64,000 nt of DNA from Guillardia theta CCMP2712 (Eukaryota; Protista; Cryptophyta). Where the stretch lies: the NCBI RefSeq assembly GCF_000315625.1, contig NW_005434601.1, positions 330,936-394,935 on the forward strand. The letters run 5' to 3'. A model generated the notes under the pieces. That model did not search any database, had not been told where the DNA came from, and saw nothing but the letters and a program-made list of their open reading frames with translations. Position 1 is the stretch's first letter, and each line of letters begins with the position of its first letter. Positions 58,493 through 64,000 of this stretch are shown here, piece after piece. A program made the position numbers and the translations under genes.

Positions 58493-59443
58493 TTAGTTGC
58501 CCGGGCAGTCAAAGGCTGTACAAAGCAGGTCAGGTAAAGCTCACAACCAACATCAACAAGCTCTTACTCTGCTGGTGGGGATCCTGGAGGGTGAAGGTGG
58601 CAGCGGAGCCATCCTGCCAGGACTGGGGGCACAAGTTGTCGTAGAAGCCAGGTCCAGTAGCCATGGGCTGAGTGTAGAAGTAGGCAGGGAAGGAGCAATC
58701 CTGATGCAAATTGTCAGGCAGTGATACTTGTGAAATTTTGTTTTCAGGAACATGCACCAACACCGTTACTCACAACCAGATGACAAAGTGTAAGTATTTG
58801 ACCTTACTCTCAGAGATTATCAATTGGATACAGACAAAAAAATCGGAACTACGAGTTGTTTGAATCTATTTCGCAGTCAACAGAAACAAACTACCCTGCA
58901 AGAAAGGAGTCGAACACCTCGTGTTCAGACAATTCTGATGCCTCAAGGGAATACAGAACCAAGAAGTATTGCAAACAGGGGATCAAGAACATGGGGATCA
59001 AGAAAATTGTCTCAGAGACAATGGATATGGTCATCAATTTAGAACAACTGAATATTGTAGAGTGGCAAAAAGGTCAAACATTGAGAGAACTTTCATAACA
59101 AACTAGTTCGATAACGCCTTTTCACAACGACCATGGTTGCGACGAAGAGATATCACAACAATAAGAGAAGTACAAAAGAAGTAATATGGTCATACGAAGT
59201 TAATACGGGAAGAAATACAACAGTGAGAGGGAAGCATCCGCACAGAGGGGGCCAGGTGTAAGACAAGCGCGAATCGACCAGATAAGAAATCAGAAGCCAA
59301 CGTTGGAGTGGAGGGAAGAAGAGGGCACAAACGCTAGAGAATGAAGGGGACAATGATGAGGAGAGATTCTGCATAGCAGGAGAGGCCGGAAGGCCACGGA
59401 AACGGGCGGCATGAGCGATACTCACAAGCTTGGAGAAGAGCAT
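58493..59443 (-). CDS. Small ~57-aa peptide, copy 2 (MLFSKL/DCSFPAY...FDCPGN)
   Basis: Reverse-complement match to 40125-40332; first exon ATGCTCTTCTCCAAGCTT/gtgagt. Confidence 0.75.
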
Positions 59444-59837
59444 TGCGGCAACGATGACCCTTGGTGAGACCGAGAGAGAGATAAAGTAGGGTACAGGGGT
59501 GGTTGTCTGGTCAAACTGGGGGGTGGGAATGGAAAAGGGAGGGGGTCCAGATTTTTTCTTTCCGAAGAGCCGTCTGTCGGTGAGGTAGGGTCATGGTGTC
59601 TGAGGGTAGGGTGATAAAAGATAAAATGAGGGGTACTCAGCTTATGAAATCCACCACCCCTCCCGTCAAACGACCCCTGACCCTTCAGCAGAATCGGAGC
59701 CCGCATCCCCGATCACATGAACTTTGAACCTGAACTTTACATAGAACTATTGCCGGGCTATTTACTCGACGCCTTCCTGAACTTTTGGACAGTCGCATTA
59801 TGAACTTCTCAAGGGCCAGGCAACGGCAGCGACCGAC

Positions 59838-60305
59838 ATGGCGGCGGCTCCCTGGAGGTCCTCCTACCACATGCCCAACGGGCCCATCGCCATGTCCATG
59901 GACGCGCATGATCCCTGGGCCAACCTTGTGAGGGGCAACCGCCGGCTCTCGTGCGATGTCAGGGTCTCTGCCCTCGGCCATGCTCGCAACCTCAGGCTTA
60001 TTGAGGCAAAGAAGAAGACGAGTCGAGTTCCAAAGGAGTCGCGCGCACAGAACTTTGAGTTCAACAGGGGGCCTGTGCTGGACATGTTGCCCTCAGGGAG
60101 CTCTGCCAATGCTCCTCCTTTCCTCCTGGGGGGAAGGTTGGGCGGGTCAGGAACCCCCGGGGCCTCTACAAAGGGCATAAAATCGACAGCAGGGTGGAGC
60201 AGCGCATGCGCACCGGACGAAGTGGCACCCAAGGTGATCGAGAGGCTGAGGGTTAAGTCGAGCATGCCGTCCTCAGCTGTTGGCGGTGCGTTCGAGAGAG
60301 TATGA
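59838..60305 (+). CDS. Hypothetical protein
   Basis: 155-aa ORF downstream of a GGGTAC-rich block, followed by an AT-rich 3' region containing AATAAA. Confidence 0.5.
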   Translation: MAAAPWRSSYHMPNGPIAMSMDAHDPWANLVRGNRRLSCDVRVSALGHARNLRLIEAKKKTSRVPKESRAQNFEFNRGPVLDMLPSGSSANAPPFLLGGRLGGSGTPGASTKGIKSTAGWSSACAPDEVAPKVIERLRVKSSMPSSAVGGAFERV

Positions 60306-60579
60306 GGTCGTGCTGGCAAGTTGGCCACTCGCGCGCCCGTGTAAAGTAGTTGTGATGTACATGATGTATTGCGGAATAAAGGCTCCAAATGAATGGCGTA
60401 AGGTTTGTGGAATATTGGTTAATGAATCTCTTGTGCAAGTAGAATGATTCACGTCACCTGTGACAACACTGCGTGACATCGAAAGAGACGATTTCATGAC
60501 ATTTTTGTTTCTGAGCGATTTAATTTCAAACAGAGCAAAAGTATCCATACAAATACTTCTGAGGAGAAGGAGATACTGC

Positions 60580-61253
60580 TTATCGGCAGGAGGGGTTCAA
60601 CTCAGGGTCGCACCAGGCGTACTGCACCTTGCCGGCAACTCCGTCCATGTTGGGAGGGAACGCGGGTCTGGCACATGAGTCAGCGAGCACAACTGATCAG
60701 GAAAGGCAAAGCGCTCACCCCATGGGGCCGGTGGATCCGATCATGTCGTGAGCAGCCTGATGCCAGATAGCGTTCTGCTCGCGTTGTCAGAAGCTTCCAT
60801 CCACACCACAACAACAGCAGCTTCACTCACCGCCTTGAAGTAGTCGAGGTCTCTGGCGCAGTCTGCAGGATCAGCGCAGAACTGGGAAGCAGGATCCAGT
60901 TCAAGGGACTGGAGCCTGGCCTGTTTCAACGCTGGTCTCCTGCGGTGAATGGCCTTGATGTGCTTGGACTTGTAGGCGGAAGATCCGAGGAAGGGAAGCT
61001 GTGGGTTGATGTTCAGCCTGGAAGCCACGAACTTGGTGGGTAGAGAGTCCCCCCGAGCAACGAGCACAGCGTTGATCAGCGCATCAGTGCCATCGTCCTT
61101 GTCGACCTGAGAAAGAGAAACTCTGCGAGAAGAAGCGATGACCACAACCCCCACGACAAGAAGAGCTGCGCCCACGGCGAGCAAGACAGACTTCTTCTGA
61201 TTCTTATTGCTGGACACCTCAGGTGCTCCTCCAAAGAAGGTACCGTCTGTCAT
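60580..61253 (-). CDS. Type II signal-anchor protein with a Cys-containing C-terminal peptide
   Basis: MTDGTFFG...KKSVLLAVGAALLVVGVVVIASSRRVSL...KQARLQSL-ELDPASQFCADPADCARDLDYFKA/AAHDMIGSTGPMG/PAFPPNMDGVAGKVQYAWCDPELNPSCR*. Confidence 0.7.
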
Positions 61254-62577
61254 CAGAATCAGCAACCCAGCCCAAGGATTATCGCTTTTTGTGTGAGGTG
61301 CACAAGACTCAAGACATTCATTAATGACCTTGTCTCTTGCAATGCGCAGAATGATAATATATGTTCGATGCAGCGTCAGATCATCGAGACGAAGGCGATC
61401 AAACATTAAGAACCATGGAAAACGAAACAATACTATGTACACAGGCAAGTACACCGCCAAACATATTACTGCATCAAATAATCTTGAAGTAATTGTGAAG
61501 AAAATGCAAATGATCATGCAATCATGGACTAGAATGAACATCTCATGTGCAAGGCATTTCACATCGTACACGAAAATTGAACCGATCAACTGACCGGCTA
61601 CCCAACACATTTTTCTATCTTCATGTATACACCACGAAAAAGAAAATCACAACACGGAAATTCACGTTCGATGTTTTGAATCTTAACAACTTTCATTCAT
61701 TCTCGTTGTGTGATGAGATAACAACCAAAAAACATACGAATCGACAATTCAGCATTGATGAAAACTCAGCATTGATGAATGTTTGCGCGGGCAAACATGA
61801 CCAAGATACAGTATGCCAAGATGAAAATAAGAATAAACAAAAACAGACAAAATTCAGGGATAGTTCAAGATTATCAGGTTCATATAAAACGGCGCTCATA
61901 GAAGATTCAAGCAGATGAATGACGAGGTCATGGGCAAGGAGGTGATGGTGGTTCATGCATTCAACACGTGTTTGATGATGAACGAGTCATGTGGATGAAT
62001 CAAATAAGTCGCTTCTTCATCATCGTTCATCTCCTCCTCCTCCCCCCCTCATGAGGAATCATGTTGCAAACTCACATGCGGTCATTTCGGTGCCTTCCTT
62101 CTTCAATTCTCCCAGCAGGTGCTCCAAATCAGCACAGAATTTGAGTATTTTCACCAAAATATCCATTATACTGTGATTTTCCTCTTTGAATTTGGTGGGT
62201 TTTATGAACTTTATTTGAAATTTCCATGGAGTATGACCCTCACGGAAAGATGTCTCTTCGATGAAGGAACACAGGATATATCTCATAGCCCCCGCCGCAC
62301 TGGAGGCATCAGGATACGGCCCCGGGCCGGGGCCCGGCCCCGGCGGGCCCGGGCCAACTTGGCAACGTTCAACCGTGAAACGGTTGATCGCTGACTGAAC
62401 TCCCGGCACCGACTCGGAGGCTCAGCGGCCCGGCAGGACTGAACGGGCCGCAGTGGCACCGAAGTTGAAGAGTCCGTCAGAGTACGGCAAGTGAAGATCA
62501 CCGGCGTGCCACTGCCAGGGTGATGGGCCAAACTTGGCAGTTGGGTTTAGGCCTTCACCGTGAGGGCATCGGGTGGT

Positions 62578-64000
62578 TCAAACTAGATCCCGCATCTTCT
62601 TCATGACCAGGTCCACCTGCTCCAGCACGTCAGCGGCAGGAAGGAGGCGAGAGCCGATGCCTCCTTGCGACGAGTCGAGCTCGTACTCTGCGAGAAGAAG
62701 ATGCCTTGCCCTGGATCTCTCGACTGGAAGCAGCAGCGTCACTGGGGGGAGCACAGGAAGGTGCCTCTTGCCTTCTCGAGGATGGCGAGCAGGAGACGGA
62801 GGTCGATGTTGGGGTACGTCTGTCCTCGCTCCACCTGCCCCACTGCTGAGCTCGAGCTAGGGCTGGGGGTAACGGTACCTCGTCGAGGATGGGGAGGATG
62901 CTGGGGGCCACGAGGAGGTTGACGAGCTGCCGCAGGGGAGCGAAGCAATCCTTGAGGCCAGAGACCTGCTCCATGGTGACGCGGGTGGTGGTTGTGGAGG
63001 AGGAGGAGGAGGAGGAGGAGGAGGAGGAGGAGGAGGAGGAGGAGGAGGAGGTGTTGGTGGTGGTGGTGGTGGAGCAACNNNNNNNNNNNNNNNNNNNNNN
63101 NNNNNNNNNNNNNNNNNNNNNNNNNNNNNNNNNNNNNNNNNNNNNNNNNNNNNNNNNNNNNNNNNNNNNNNNNNNNNNCCAGCCCCTGCTTCAGCTTCTT
63201 CCCAACTGCTCCTGCTCCACCTCCTCATCAGCAGCGTGAAGAAGGCGGTCGACGCCTCTCATTACTCCTACTTGTCCTAGTCTACCAGAAGAAAAGCCTC
63301 CCCGACGTTACAAAAGAAGTAGCAGCAGCACCAGTGGAGGAGGCAGCAGAAGATCCTGTTTTCCATGTTGATGTAGAGGAGGAGGAGGAAAAGGTGGTGG
63401 ATGGTGGTGCTTCATTCTGCTCCTCCACCCCCGCTATCATGAAGTGGAGGTGGGAGTGGTAGGAGTACTACGAGGATGAGGAGGATGAGGAGGGGGAGGA
63501 CGAGGTCGAGGAGGAGCTGGACCAGCTGGCGGTCGCCATAATCGTCATCGTCGTAGTCGTCGTCGGTGGTGGTGGTGGTGGTGGAGGAGGAGGAGGAGGA
63601 GGAGGAGGTGTTGGTGGTGGTGGTGGTGGAGCAACAGCAGGAACAGCTTTCATGAGACCTTTGATTCGATTGCGAAGGCTTCAAGAGCATGCAGGTCCTT
63701 GTCAAGCTTCTGGAAGGCGTTGAAGAAGATCTTCTTGACGCTGTTCCTGGGGTTCAGCACGAGGAGGAGACGCGAAGGCTACCTGGAGCTGAGAGGCTGC
63801 TGATAGAGACGCTGAGCGATGGCGTTGAAAGCCTTGTAGTGGAGGGCCTCTAGAGCAGAGTCAGGGTGATGGAGAGATGAGGAGGAGGAGGGAAAGGAGA
63901 AGAGGAGAGAGGACGAGAGCAGAGGGAAGTGGCGGAGGGCGGAGGGGAGGAAGAGCACAACCTCGAACGTGAGATGGTAGAGAGATGAAGGTGGAGAAAG
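62578..64000 (-). CDS. SEC15: Exocyst subunit Sec15/EXOC6-like, C-terminal exons
   Basis: FNAFQKLDKDLHALEAFA.../LKDCFAPLRQLVNLLV.../YPNIDLRLLLAILEK match the Sec15 C-terminal pattern; 5' part outside the window. Confidence 0.6.
63079..63178. other. Assembly gap (100 Ns)
   Basis: N run. Confidence 1.

Noticed and set aside
60741-61610. 289-aa ORF read as a multi-pass membrane protein
   Set aside because: The upstream AT-rich part starts at a non-ATG codon and looks non-coding; the coherent gene starts at ATG 61253 and splices at ~60830
62990-63640. Direct repeat (GGA)n-GTGTTG(GTG)n-GAGCAAC on both sides of the N gap
   Set aside because: The first copy ends exactly at the gap, so it is probably an assembly artefact in low-complexity intron sequence

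Overview
Eukaryotic nuclear DNA that is gene-dense and GC-rich, with many short spliceosomal GT-AG introns, often filled with simple repeats, and two N gaps. Intron style, a signal peptide plus AF plastid-targeting presequence, and LRGG-containing presequences point to a cryptophyte such as Guillardia theta (inference). Recognisable genes: a DUF2431/FDX-ACB methyltransferase-like protein, a very large multi-GAF protein, an SRm160/PWI splicing factor, a GT64 multi-glycosyltransferase, EF-1beta with a bipartite presequence, a two-domain membrane nucleotide cyclase, a class I/II aminotransferase, a C2H2+ubiquitin-like protein, TMEM41/VTT, an AKTIP-like UEV protein, a polycystin-2 channel, a frameshifted HAD hydrolase and the Sec15 C-terminus. 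Three structures stand out. (1) A 2.9-kb nest at 10.37-13.25 kb of RLE/CRE-like retroelement fragments, where almost every insertion is a pair of the same terminus in inverted orientation. (2) An inverted duplicated two-gene cassette at 39.6-42.2 kb and 56.75-59.44 kb, coupling a nearly invariant ~57-aa peptide gene to a strongly diverged secreted-protein paralog. (3) Recurrent GTACCC-rich and CCGG/GTGAC-rich blocks at gene starts. Gene boundaries were spliced by eye and are approximate; family calls are from motif recognition, not database searches.
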